DNA of 63,685 nucleotides, counting the filler, from Octopus bimaculoides (lineage: Eukaryota): assembly GCF_001194135.2 (NCBI RefSeq). It is 4 parts of 3 records of this genome, joined end to end, with 100 filler letters (N's around TTAATTAATTAA, not from the genome) between each part and the next. Parts side by side here need not be neighbours in the genome. Positions count along the whole stretch, not along the records: positions 1 to 3,316 come from NW_026369154.1; positions 3,417 to 32,693 come from NC_068984.1; 2 more parts are not named here. One strand, given 5' to 3'. The notes beneath the pieces were generated by a model. That model searched no databases and was not told the DNA's origin. It saw only the letters and a list, made by a program, of their open reading frames with translations. A program made the translations under genes and the position numbers. This document shows positions 1-12,144 of the stretch, piece after piece (position 1 is the stretch's first letter; the number at the start of each line of letters is the position of its first letter).

Positions 1-3000
1 TACGTTCATACGTAAGAATGAAGGAATGAACGAACGTAAGTACGTACGAATTAATGAAAGAACGAACGTATGTACGTACGTAAGTACGAACGAATGATCG
101 TAATTGCGTACGTAGGTACAAACGAACGATCGAAGGAAAGAACGAACGAATGATCGAAAGTACGTAGGTACGTACGAACGTTCAAACGAACTAACGAAAG
201 GACGATCGAAGCAAAGAACTAACCAACGAAAGAACGTACGTGCGTACGTACCAAGAAACAAACGTACGTACGATCGAGCGAACTAAGGAACGTGCGTACA
301 TACGTCCGTATGTACGAACAAACGTACGTCCGAACGTAGGTACGTACGAACGAACAAAAGAACTAACGAGCGTACGTACGTACGTAGTACGTACATTAGA
401 ATGAACAAACGAACGAACGTACGCACTTGTGAACAAAAGAAAGTTCGAGCGAACAAACAAATGAATGTACGTACGTCCGAACGAACGAAACAACGAACNN
501 NNNNNNNNNNNNNNNNNNNNNNNNNNNNNNNNNNNNNNNNNNNNNNNNNNNNNNNNNNNNNNNNNNNNNNNNNNNNNNNNNNNNNNNNNNNNNNNNNNNN
601 NNNNNNNNNNNNNNNNNNNNNNNNNNNNNNNNNNNNNNNNNNNNNNNNNNNNNNNNNNNNNNNNNNNNNNNNNNNNNNNNNNNNNNNNNNNNNNNNNNNN
701 NNNNNNNNNNNNNNNNNNNNNNNNNNNNNNNNNNNNNNNNNNNNNNNNNNNNNNNNNNNNNNNNNNNNNNNNNNNNNNNNNNNNNNNNNNNNNNNNNNNN
801 NNNNNNNNNNNNNNNNNNNNNNNNNNNNNNNNNNNNNNNNNNNNNNNNNNNNNNNNNNNNNNNNNNNNNNNNNNNNNNNNNNNNNNNNNNNNNNNNNNNN
901 NNNNNNNNNNNNNNNNNNNNNNNNNNNNNNNNNNNNNNNNNNNNNNNNNNNNNNNNNNNNNNNNNNNNNNNNNNNNNNNNNNNNNNNNNNNNNNNNNNNN
1001 NNNNNNNNNNNNNNNNNNNNNNNNNNNNNNNNNNNNNNNNNNNNNNNNNNNNNNNNNNNNNNNNNNNNNNNNNNNNNNNNNNNNNNNNNNNNNNNNNNNN
1101 NNNNNNNNNNNNNNNNNNNNNNNNNNNNNNNNNNNNNNNNNNNNNNNNNNNNNNNNNNNNNNNNNNNCGAAAGAACGAACGTACGGACGTACCAGCGATC
1201 CTACGTACGTACATACGAACGAACGGACGTACGTACGTATGTATGTACGAACGTTCAAACGAACTAACGAACGAACGATCGAAGGAAAGAACTAACGAAC
1301 GAAAGAACGAACGATCGAAGGAACGTACGTACGTACAAAAGAACGAAATAACGAACGAACGTACTACGTACGTACGTTCGTTCATACGAAGGAACGAACT
1401 AGCCAACGACCGAATGAACGAACGTACGTGTGTACGTACGAAGAAACGAACGAACGGACAAACGACACAAGGAACAAATGAAGGTACGTTTGTACGTACG
1501 TCCATACGTAAGAATGAAGGAATGAACGAACGTAAGAACTAACGAAAGAACGAACGAATGTACGTACGTAAGTACGAACTAACGATCGTAATTGCGTACG
1601 TAGGTACAAACGAACGATCGAAGGAACGAACGAATGTACGTACGAGCGATCGTACGTACATACGGACGTACGTTCATTTGTTTGTTCGTTCGAACTTTCT
1701 TTCGTTCACAAGTGCCTACGTTCGTTCCGTTTGTTCATTCTAATGTACGTACTACTTACGAACTAACGAAAGAACGAACGAATGTACGTAAGTACGAACG
1801 AACGATCGTAATTGCGTACCTAGGTACAAACGAACGAATGTACGTACGTACCTACTTGCGTCCGTACGTTCGATCGTTCGTATGTACGTACGATCGCTCG
1901 TACGTACATTCGTTCGTTCGTTTCTTCGTACGTACACACGTACGTTCTTTCATTCGGTCGTTCGTTCGCTGATTCTTTTGCAAGTTCGTTCCTTCGTATG
2001 TACGTTCGTTTGTACGTTCTTACGCACATGTGAAACTACGAACCTACGTAAGCACGTACGTTAGTTCGTACGAACTAACGAAAGAACTAACGAATGTACG
2101 TACGTAAGAACGAACGTACCTAGGTACAAACGGACGATCGAAGGAACGAACGAATGTACGTACGAGCGATCATACGTACATACGAACGTACGGACGTACG
2201 TACCTACTTACTTAGGTACGTACGAACGTTCAAACGAACTAACGAAAGAACGATCGAAGGAAAGAACTAACTAATGAACGACCGAACGAAAAAACGTACG
2301 TGCGTACGTACCAAGAAACAAACGTACGTACGATTGAGCGAGCTAAGGAACGTGCATACATACGTCCGAACGTAGGTACGTACGAACGAACAAAAGAACG
2401 AACGAGCGTACGTACGTACGTAGTACGTACATTAGAATGAACAAAAAACGAACGAACGTACGCACTTGTGAACGAAAGAAAGGTCGAACGAACAAACAAA
2501 TGAACGTACGTACGTCCGAACGAACGATCGAAGGAACGAACGAAACAACGAACGTAGGTACATAAGAACGAACTAACGTACGTGCTTACGTAAGTTCGTA
2601 CTTGCGTATGTGCGTAAGAACGTACAAACAAACGTACATACGAAGGAACGTACTAGCAAACGAAACAGCGAACGAACGAAAGAACTAAAGAACGACTGAA
2701 TGAAAGAACGTACGTGTGTACGTACGAAGAAACGAACAAACGACACGTGGAACAAATGAAGGTACATTTGTACGTACGTTCATACGTAAGTACGTACGAA
2801 CTAACGAAAGAACGAACGTATGTACGTACGTAAGTTCGGACGAACGATCGTAATTGCGTACGTAGGTACAAACGAAAGAACGAACGTACGGACGTACGAG
2901 CGATCGTATGTACGTACATACGAACGGACGTACGTACGTATGTATGTATGTACGAACGTTCAAACGAACTAACGAAAGAGCGTACGTACCAAGAAACAAA

Positions 3001-3316
3001 CGTACGTACGATCGAGCGAACTAAGGAACGTGCGTACATACGTCCGTATGTACGAACGAACGTACGTCCGAAAGTAGGTACGTACGAACGAACAAAAGAA
3101 CGAACGAGCGTATGTAGTACGTACATTAGATTGAACAAACGAACGAACGTACGCACTTGTGAACGAAAGAAAGTTCGAACGAACAAACAAATGAAAGTAC
3201 GTACGTCCGAACGATCGAAGGAACGATCGTAATTGCGTATGTAGGTACAAACGAAGGAAAGAACGAACGAGCGATCCTACGTACGTACATACGAACGAAC
3301 GGACCTACGTACGTAT
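1..3316. repeat. Complex CpG-rich satellite built from ACGA/ACGT/ACAA tetramers, with higher-order modules; contains an N gap (499-1167)
   Basis: Continuous GAAC/GTAC/GATC tetramer periodicity. Recurring modules include accaagaaacaaacgtacgtacgat.gagcga.ctaaggaacgtgc near 250, 2309 and 2989. Confidence 0.95.
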
Positions 3317-3360
3317 NNNNNNNNNNNNNNNNNNNNNNNNNNNNNNNNNNNNNNNNNNNN

Positions 3361-3372
3361 TTAATTAATTAA
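3361..3372. other. Assembly linker TTAATTAATTAA inside a 100-bp gap (3317-3416)
   Basis: Identical 44N+12+44N layout at three places; the 12-mer has stops in all six frames. Confidence 0.9.
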
Positions 3373-3416
3373 NNNNNNNNNNNNNNNNNNNNNNNNNNNN
3401 NNNNNNNNNNNNNNNN

Positions 3417-3440
3417 TATATGCATATATATATGTATGTG

Positions 3441-3479
<39 letters not shown>

Positions 3480-3708
3480 GTGTGTATATACATAGTTATA
3501 TATCAGTATATGTTTCTTTGTGTGTGTGTATATATGAATAAATATGTATGTGTATGTATGTATGTGTATGTATATATGTGTATGTATGTATGTATATTTA
3601 TATATGTATGGCTATATATATTTATGTGTGTTTGTGTATATGTATGTATGTGTATATGTATATATGTTTGTACATATATATGTGCATATGTGTTTATATG
3701 TATATATG

Positions 3709-3755
<47 letters not shown>

Positions 3756-3795
3756 GTGTGTATGTATATGAATGTATATATGTATGTATATATGT
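3417..3795. repeat. (TA)n/(TG)n/(TATG)n compound microsatellite
   Basis: Direct reading. Confidence 0.95.
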
Positions 3796-3899
3796 TGTAA
3801 ATTTTTGGTCTATTTAGATTAGGTTTTTTTGGGGTGCTAATTGAGCGTATGTTTATTCAGCATTTTTTGCACCTTATAAAATTTTTTTTATTTTTATGT

Positions 3900-4780
3900 A
3901 TATTGTTTAATTATCCATTACTGGTCTCTTCTCGATTATAGTAAAATTCTTTTAATATAATAATTTTAGTGGTTGCAGAGCTGTTACAGGTTTAAGAGCA
4001 CAAACTAAGTAGTTTAGGTTCCCCTATTAACAATCCAATATACTATTTAGCTATGTTGTAACAGGTAATTTGCTTCGAATTCATTTAATTACCGATATGG
4101 GATACCTTAAATTCACCTATATTGTAGCATTATTAAATTATATAATTTTTAAATTAATTAACCTTTGATATTAGGTTTACATATCATTTATGTTTATGTT
4201 GATATTGAAAGGTTTTTTTATATAAGTATAAGTAGTCACTGTATGTATGAATCATAATTTTATTTGGGGATTTTTTCAGTGAAGACCGGTTTGTTTGTTT
4301 ACATTCTGTGTTAACGTAAATATCACTAAATCTGTTTAATTTTCTTCTGTATATTTAATCTTATTACTTTGCTAATTAGTTCTTTTCTTTTGTAACTTGT
4401 TAGTTATAATTTTGATTGAGCTTTAATGTAGATAATTTTTCTATACAATATAGCTTGGTAGTCCTGAAATACGGTTTGAAGCTTTTTACTTATTTATACT
4501 GAATCGATATAAGGTTAATTTTAATTATGTATAATTATGTGTACTAAAGTTATTTAGCGTGAATATTATTTAAGAGCATTATTATTATTTTTTTTACGTA
4601 TGCTTCTATTTGACCAGGTTCCTGTATTTTAAATGTTATCTTTAATATCTAAATGTTTTTTCTACGGTATGAATTCTGTATTTATTTTGATGTTTATAAC
4701 GTTTTTTTTAATTCTATAGCGTCCTGGATTGGTCAACAACTGAACTTCATAGTATACCATCATTATGTTTGAATTAATTT
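3900..4780 (-). mobile_element. Possible very old Penelope-like RT relic
   Basis: Interrupted minus-strand translations FSDIYV (cf. FLDIxV), KPVFTE..NYDSY..MIC (cf. KPTFTG.YLNWDS...MIC) and YPHIG (cf. LPYIG) occur in the expected order, with many stops and shifts. Confidence 0.3.
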
Positions 4781-5804
4781 ACCATTTGCTTGTTCTCTAC
4801 ACCTTTAGGATGAACGGTTGTATATCATCTCATACCTTTTCATCCTGTTTTGTATATTTTCATGGGTCAACTATGAAAATTGGATGTGAATGTTTTCTAT
4901 TTTTATTGGCTGCATATTACAACTACTACTAATAATAATAACAATAATAATGGGACCTCGAGGAGATGTAGTATCCCATATTTTATAATATTTTATAATA
5001 TGTATGAATCGTTCTGGATGTTGCATCGAAATGTTCATAGGTCATTTTCATTATTATTATTATTATTATTANNNNNNNNNNNNNNNNNNNNNNNNNNNNN
5101 NNNNNNNNNNNNNNNNNNNNNNNNNNNNNNNNNNNNNNNNNNNNNNNNNNNNNNNNNNNNNNNNNNNNNNNNNNNNNNNNNNNNNNNNNNNNNNNNNNNN
5201 NNNNNNNNNNNNNNNNNNNNNNNNNNNNNNNNNNNNNNNNNNNNNNNNNNNNNNNNNNNNNNNNNNNNNNNNNNNNNNNNNNNNNNNNNNNNNNNNNNNN
5301 NNNNNNNNNNNNNNNNNNNNNNNNNNNNNNNNNNNNNNNNNNNNNNNNNNNNNNNNNNNNNNNNNNNNNNNNNNNNNNNNNNNNNNNNNNNNNNNNNNNN
5401 NNNNNNNNNNNNNNNNNNNNNNNNNNNNNNNNNNNNNNNNNNNNNNNNNNNNNNNNNNNNNNNNNNNNNNNNNNNNNNNNNNNNNNNNNNNNNNNNNNNN
5501 NNNNNNNNNNNNNNNNNNNNNNNNNNNNNNNNNNNNNNNNNNNNNNNNNNNNNNNNNNNNNNNNNNNNNNNNNNNNNNNNNNNNNNNNNNNNNNNNNNNN
5601 NNNNNNNNNNNNNNNNNNNNNNNNNNNNNNNNNNNNNNNNNNNNNNNNNNNNNNNNNNNNNNNNNNNNNNNNNNNNNNNNNNNNNNNNNNNNNNNNNNNN
5701 NNNNNNNNNNNNNNNNNNNNNNNNNNNNNNNNNNNNNNNNNNNNNNNNNNNNNNNNNNNNNNNNNNNNNNNNNNNNNNNNNNNNNNNNNNNNNNNNNNNN
5801 NNNN

Positions 5805-6142
5805 TGCCGGGTCTTCTCACGCACAGCACATTTCCAAAGGTCTCGGTCAGTAGTCATCGCCTCGGTGAGGCCCAATGTACGAAGGTCTTGCCTCACCACC
5901 TCAGCCCAGGTCTTCCTGGGCCTACCTCTTCCACGGGTTCCCTCAACTGTTAGGGTGTGGCACTTTTTCACGCAGTTATCCTCCTCCATTCTCACCACAT
6001 GTCCATACCAGCGCAATCGTCTCTCTTGCACGCCACAACTGATGCTTCTAATGTTCAGCTTTTCTCTCAAGATACTTACACTCTGACGGGTATTCACATT
6101 GACATTACACATCCAACGGAGCATACTGGCTTCATTCCTTGC
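5805..6142 (-). mobile_element. RTE-clade LINE, 3' end of the RT ORF (5'-truncated fragment)
   Basis: Translation SMLRWMCNV...ERRLRWYGHVVRMEEDNCVKKC..VEGTRGRGRPRKTW..VVRQDL is a typical RTE C-terminus. Confidence 0.92.
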
Positions 6143-7189
6143 GTATGTATGTATGCATATATATAAATATGCACACATATGTATGCACACACACACACAC
6201 ACACATACAGAAATGAAGGTAACAAACCTCATTGAGTGATACCAAAATCTTTTGAAGTTACTGGTTAGTTACCTATACAAAGGATGTTGAACATAACAGT
6301 TAATACTTAACTGCACAGTAACTATATGAACCATGGTTTATATATTTATTTATTATGATAAGATAAGTAAAATAGAGAGGTAATTAATAAATTAGTATTT
6401 ATTAATTATAAAATTGAGAAACATCCCTTACAGCTGTTTCAATTCTAGACCTTCAGAAAATTAATATAATTTTAAATTATTTGAAATTCATTAGAGGCAG
6501 TTTAAGATCTGCATCTTGAGTAAACAGCTGCAAACACTTAACTGATAAAGTTTATGCATAAAGAACCATAGTATAAAACTTGATATAGACCTTAGAAAGG
6601 AGAAGGAGGTAGGATGTATTGGGACTGTAAAGTAAGAATCTAGTGTATTTAGTACAAGAAAAACTGAAGTAGATATATTGGTATAAATGTCATAAATTGT
6701 GATATTATGTCCATCCATATAAAAATAGAAAATTAGCATATAGAGATTAATTCAAGTGTGTATAGTTATTATCAATATTTAATTAAGGTGGCCAGACATT
6801 CCAGGCAATCTTATACTTATCATAGATATCGAAAGGGTTAAAATAAGATATCTAAACTTAATGCTAGGGTACATAAAATTTTTTTAATAAAATCAAGAAT
6901 AAAATAAAATAAAACAAAATAGGGTAAAAAGTAAAAATAGACAGAGTAAAAATAGACAGAGTAAAAATAAATAAATGAATAAAGACTTACAAAATATAGC
7001 CTTTCACTCCTTAAAAAAAATTATTATTGAGCTAGACTAATAAAGATAAGGAACTATTGGACAAAAAATTTTAAATTTCAGATATGCAGCATTCCCTTGG
7101 TGAGATAGAGGATGTAAATATGTTAAGAGGCTCAAGTAAGAAGATATAGTATTTAACATAAATAAATAAATATTAAAAAAATAAATAAA

Positions 7190-7400
7190 TGCGCCCTATT
7201 AAAGCCTGGCCAGGCTCATGGGCCCGGTTTCCCAGTTTCAATGGCGTATGTGTTCCCCAGCTGGACGGGACGCCAGTCCATCGCAGCGTTACTCATTTTT
7301 GCCAGCTGAGTGGACTGGAGCAACATGAAATGAAGTGTTTTGCTCAAGAAGACAACGCGTTGCCCGGTCCAGGAATCGAAACCACAATCTTACGATCATT
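7190..7400 (-). mobile_element. SINE family C fragment
   Basis: Reverse complement of the head/core at 11165-11300 (ttgctccagtccactcagctggcaaaaatgagta). Confidence 0.75.
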
Positions 7401-7956
7401 AAAGATGTGTTAAAAAATTTCTTTGTCTTCTTGTTATTTGGATTACATATCAAAATAAAAAGTAAGAGAGAGACAAAATCAAACAGAGAGATTTTTCATT
7501 AGCACCCAACAATACAACAGATTACCCCATTCAACTACATCAGTCACCCAGTTCTGGAATACATGATTACATAGGAATCATATGAAACTTGTTTTCATTC
7601 ATTTTGAAGAAAGTCAAGAGCTCCCTAATTTAAAGGATAAAACTAATCCTTCTTCAATCATTCATTCCTGTTCAGTAACAGGATGCTACAAGATGTTAAG
7701 GTTGATAGTAAGTTGCAGGCTATCATAATAATCATTGATTACCACATCACTATTTTAGTGACCATCTTTGCATAATTGCTACAGACTGTGAGATTTACAG
7801 TATAACATGATGAAGTTTTTAAAGAATTTAATCTGCTAAAAAATAATGTAAAGAAATAACTAAAAACACCTTAGTTCTTCTTATGAGGATAACACAATCC
7901 AAAAATATAATTATTAAAATAACAGGCTGATATAATTCAAAGTCAAATCTATTTAC

Positions 7957-8064
7957 TTTGTTCACAATCAGTGACCTTTCAAATATTGATTGGGCATCCT
8001 TATTTTCTTCAGTATCAATTTCCGTAGTAGCTGTTGCTCCCATATCATTTGGGCCATCACGTTT
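7957..8064 (-). CDS. RNF113A: RNF113A/CWC24-like spliceosomal zinc-finger/RING protein, internal exon (108 nt, phase 0/0)
   Basis: Encodes KRDGPNDMGATATTEIDTEENKDAQSIFERSLIVNK, matching the RNF113 motif [28 protein letters not shown]. Acceptor ttgcAG, donor GTaaat. Confidence 0.9.
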
Positions 8065-8949
8065 CTGCAATTATTAAATGATAAAAATTAATAATGTTAA
8101 ACAAGCAATAAATTAATTGATGAGAATGTCATCATTATGTCTTATTTCAACTGAGAGTGGGGTATATGAAAAACACATAATTTTCTTTATTGTTCACGTC
8201 CACATTTAGTTTAAAGATTAGAAAGAAGCAAAATCACTGTTAGGAGACAGTTTACAAACAAACAAAAATAACAAGTATTACAATAATAAAAAAATTATTT
8301 CAAACACACACACAAAGCTACATATTTTCGGGAAGAGGTATAATCAATTGAATTGAATTCCAGTACCATCATTATCATTTTTACAGCTACTCCCCAAACT
8401 AGCATGGGCTGGATCATAAAACAGGATCCAACAGGTTGGAGGACCATCATTATAGTTATTAAGATACTTAGTATTTAGTTCTTGAAATTTAGCATTACTA
8501 AGATTAGCAATAGTTTTAACACTACTATCCTTAATCTTTCCAACAGTTGAAGTACAGTTTTGTATACTTTATTAATTTCACTAGAATTCATATTAAAAGA
8601 GAATGTCCATTAGTAAGAAAATCATTGCCTTTTGGGAGATATGTTAAATTTTAGCTAAGTTTGTACATCCTCTCACTAATAACAGCATTGAATTTGGAGC
8701 TGTTTGCTCTATCATATGCAATGCACAACCATATAAAGGTAATGGTGATGAGGGGAATTGTTGTGGGTTCTGTGTATCAGAGGTGTTTCATATAAATAAA
8801 ATTAAATCAACATTATGATTTGATTATAGATGCCAGCACCTTAAATACAAATCATTCTGGTACTCTAACTATAGCCAACCTTATACTTAATTATTTAACC
8901 TACACTAATAAACTTTATAACCTATCCACAGTTAACTATAATTTGGTCT

Positions 8950-10830
8950 CACCTTAGTACTAGATAAGGTATTAGACCATATTCAGACTTCCTGCTATTT
9001 GTAAAACTACTTATTACCCATTGAATCTTGTATGGTTCTTTTTATCTGATGAGTTGGCTTTGCTAATATAATTTTCTTTACATTTGGGGCAGGTGATACA
9101 GTACATGAGATTGTGCTTTGCAGTTCATACCTGCATTTACTTGGAAGGAGAGTACACTTTCAACTTTTATGAGAACCAGTATCCAAATATTTGAAATGGT
9201 TGTTACATGTTCCACACCTATTCTCTCTATAGACCTTCACAGAGAATTCTGAATTATCCTCTGATGTAAATTTTGTCCTTGTAAGATGTTTTTCTTAAAG
9301 AATTTTTGGCTAATATTTCCAGGTTTGCATGAGATGTTCATCAACCAGATTTTTCATTTTGGGGGTTATGTAAGAGTGCTAGTAGATTTGTTTTGTAGTT
9401 TGGAATATGTTGGTCATTCTTGGCTTATGCATATTGATAAATGGAATAGTTTTTTCCACAATTTTTTCTTGGATGTCCATAGTTGTATGATGTCAAGTTT
9501 CATCACCTTTATAATTCCATTAGTTATTAATTTTAAGGGGCAATTTTGTTGTTTTAGAAAGCCTTTGAGTTCATTATGTTGAATTTGACATATTTTTGGA
9601 TCAACTGCTATTGCACAAACTCATCTTGCCATACTATACGGAATGTTCCTTTTGATATGTGAAGGAGGCAAGCGAAGTTCAAATACTGGTGTGTGTCTGG
9701 TTTTTTTGCAAGATACCTTTGTTGTTATTGTGGAGTTGCCTATTTTTACATGAATGTCTAAGAACAGTAAGTCATTATGACTGGTTTCTGTTGTGAACTT
9801 GACAGATTATTGAATATTTGTAGATTATCATTTGATTTCTCCAAAAAAATAATGCAATCCTTGGGGAAGCATTTCCACTTTTCAATGACATATTTCTCAA
9901 AATTTTGATCAAAATTTCTCTACTTCCTTGTATAGTTTTACTTCTAAAAAAAAAATCATAACCAGATAAGCATATGCGGGTGCAAATTTTGTCTTCATAG
10001 CTGTGCCCTTTATTTGTCAACATGCTTTACCATCAAAATTAAAGGTATTCTCCTCTAGCACCTGGCGTGTGGCCTTGGTAATGAAATATGATTTGAAATA
10101 TTCATTTATCTTCTCTCCACATTTTTCTACTCAGTGTTTCATTACTTTCAGTCCTGAGTGTGAGGTATAAAGGTTACTAACATTGAAACTTCTAAGGATA
10201 GTCCCTTCTGGGGCAATGGGTAATATGCATTTGAGAAAATCCATGTTATCTCATATATAACTGGGTATTAATGAGTATATCCCAAAGATGGCTTAATTGT
10301 TGTGTTGGAAATTATGGCCCAGCAACTATTGGTCTCAATTTGAGATCAGTGGGTCTTAGTATTTTTAAGTACTGGTCCTTCTGTTCATTTGCAACTCTCT
10401 ATATTTCCAAGCTTTTGTGGATCTTGGATAATCCATAGAAACTGCTTGCTTCAATTCCAGAGTTGTATTAAGTAGTCTGTTTCTTTATCTGTGAAGGAGT
10501 GTGGATATTTGTTAAATAATGTTCTGATTTTATGCACTATTGTTTTTTCTGGATTTCTTGTTTACTTCTTATAGTAATTTTGGTCTCTTAGATCGACTTA
10601 TATTTTGTCTCTATAGTAGTTCCTGTCCATAACCACTACCATCCCAACCTTATCGGCTTCTTTCAGGATGACTGAGTTGTCATTCTTCAGTTGTAGTAAA
10701 GCTTCTTTTTCTTATTTACAAAGGTTTTGTTTGCATTTACAGACATTTCTTTCTTACCTTTCTTCCTGTCTTTCTTTTTTACCTTCTATTCTCTTTAACC
10801 AAGCCTCCAAAAATTCACCATACTTATACA
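8950..10830 (-). mobile_element. Penelope-like retroelement (RT plus GIY-YIG), decayed
   Basis: Ordered motifs: KEADKVGMVVVMDR, FYGLSKIHK, QIKGTAMKTKFAPAYAYLVM, KPDTHQYLNF, and LMYCITCPKCKENYI for GIY-YIG. Multiple stops and frameshifts. Confidence 0.9.
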
Positions 10831-11159
10831 TATACACCCATATATACATGCATACACATTTTTCACAATGATATAGAGAGTAATTGTGGTTTGTCTGAAT
10901 ATTTTTATTTATGTAATTAAAATGCTACAAGGACTTTGGAATCATATTGTATATCATTTACATTTTTCATCATATAATGGGCAAGATATAACTTCCTTGC
11001 TAACTTTTGCCAAGTATTTATATGTTCATATATCATTACCTTTTCAATTCTATTACACATGCACAATATTTTCTCATGTTAACATATATTTTTATTGTTA
11101 TACATTCACAAATTATTTACATCAAAATTGAGTTTCTGTTATAGTTTTAAATATGTACA

Positions 11160-11475
11160 TTGTGAAGGCATGTGGCTTAGCGGTTAGGCCATTTGGCTTA
11201 CAATATGGTTGTGAGTTCAATCCCTGGCAACATGTCGTGTCCTTAAGCAAGACACTTTATTTCACATTGCTCCAGTCCACTCAGCTGGCAAAAATGAGTA
11301 GTATATGTATTTCAAAAGGCCAGCCTTGTCACATTCTGTGTCATGCTGAATCTCCCTGAGAACTACGTTAAAGGTACACGTGTCTGTGAAATGCTCAGCC
11401 ACTTGCACGTTAATTTCATGAGCAAGCTGCTCCATTGATCGTATCAGCTGGGACCCTCGTCATCATAACTGACAG
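11160..11475 (+). mobile_element. SINE family C, near full length (tRNA-like head plus conserved core)
   Basis: A-box-like tggcttagcggttagg and B-box-like gagttcaatccc, then gtgtccttaagcaagacactttatttcacattgctccagtccactcagctg. The 3' part recurs inverted at 34163-34330. Confidence 0.8.
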
Positions 11476-12144
11476 AGTGCTCCTTTTTGTATATTAGTAT
11501 ATTTATAAACACAATGGAACAATCTAATTTCTTCTATAAAGGCATTTCAGTAAAACATTCATCTAACCAAAAACTAAGGACACTTCTGTACAAGAAACAA
11601 ACTTTCAACTCATTTCACAAACAACTTCCAGTCAACTTCTTGTTTGCACCACATGTGCTTTTTTTTTTCATTCAGTGAATTTCTTCAGATTTTCTACTTT
11701 CAAAATTGATTCTTCAAAGTAACAGGTTAGAATTCAGTGATATAATTCACTAATGATTTAAGGAATAATTTGAAAAAAGACTTGGAGAAAACAGTGATAT
11801 TTCAGTGTCATCTACAAATACCAGCTACCCCAATAATATATGTATCTGATTATCAATTCTGAGCAGGAATGCATTTATAAGTGAATGGTAAACATTTTTT
11901 AAAAGTTAATATATTTTAAATGCAACAACTCTGTATGCTGGTGGATTTATGAGGAGAGCATAATTATTGTAATAAAGTAACGCAAATTTGTTGGGCCTTA
12001 CAAAACCTTTGAAAGGAGGAGATGAAAGCATATTGTGGAATTTTTTATAGGAACAGTACGGCTTCCAGATTAGAGACCAATTGGAGCAAAAATTCAACTC
12101 TGAAACAGGAAATTAATATCTCATAAGTATATCTAACCAATTTA

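Noticed and set aside
191-3250. ORFs rich in R/T/Y/V/N/E
   Set aside because: Translations of the tetramer satellite and N-gaps.
3800-4900. NUMT
   Set aside because: Only the composition looks mitochondrial; I could not read any mitochondrial protein, rRNA or tRNA.
6480-6740. Possible non-LTR relic (YRP*KGEGGRM, cf. YxPRKxGGRGL)
   Set aside because: A single short motif with a stop; not enough support.
11165-11240. tRNA genes at SINE heads (also 34935 and 41386)
   Set aside because: Only A/B-box-like remnants continuing into SINE bodies; no complete cloverleaf.
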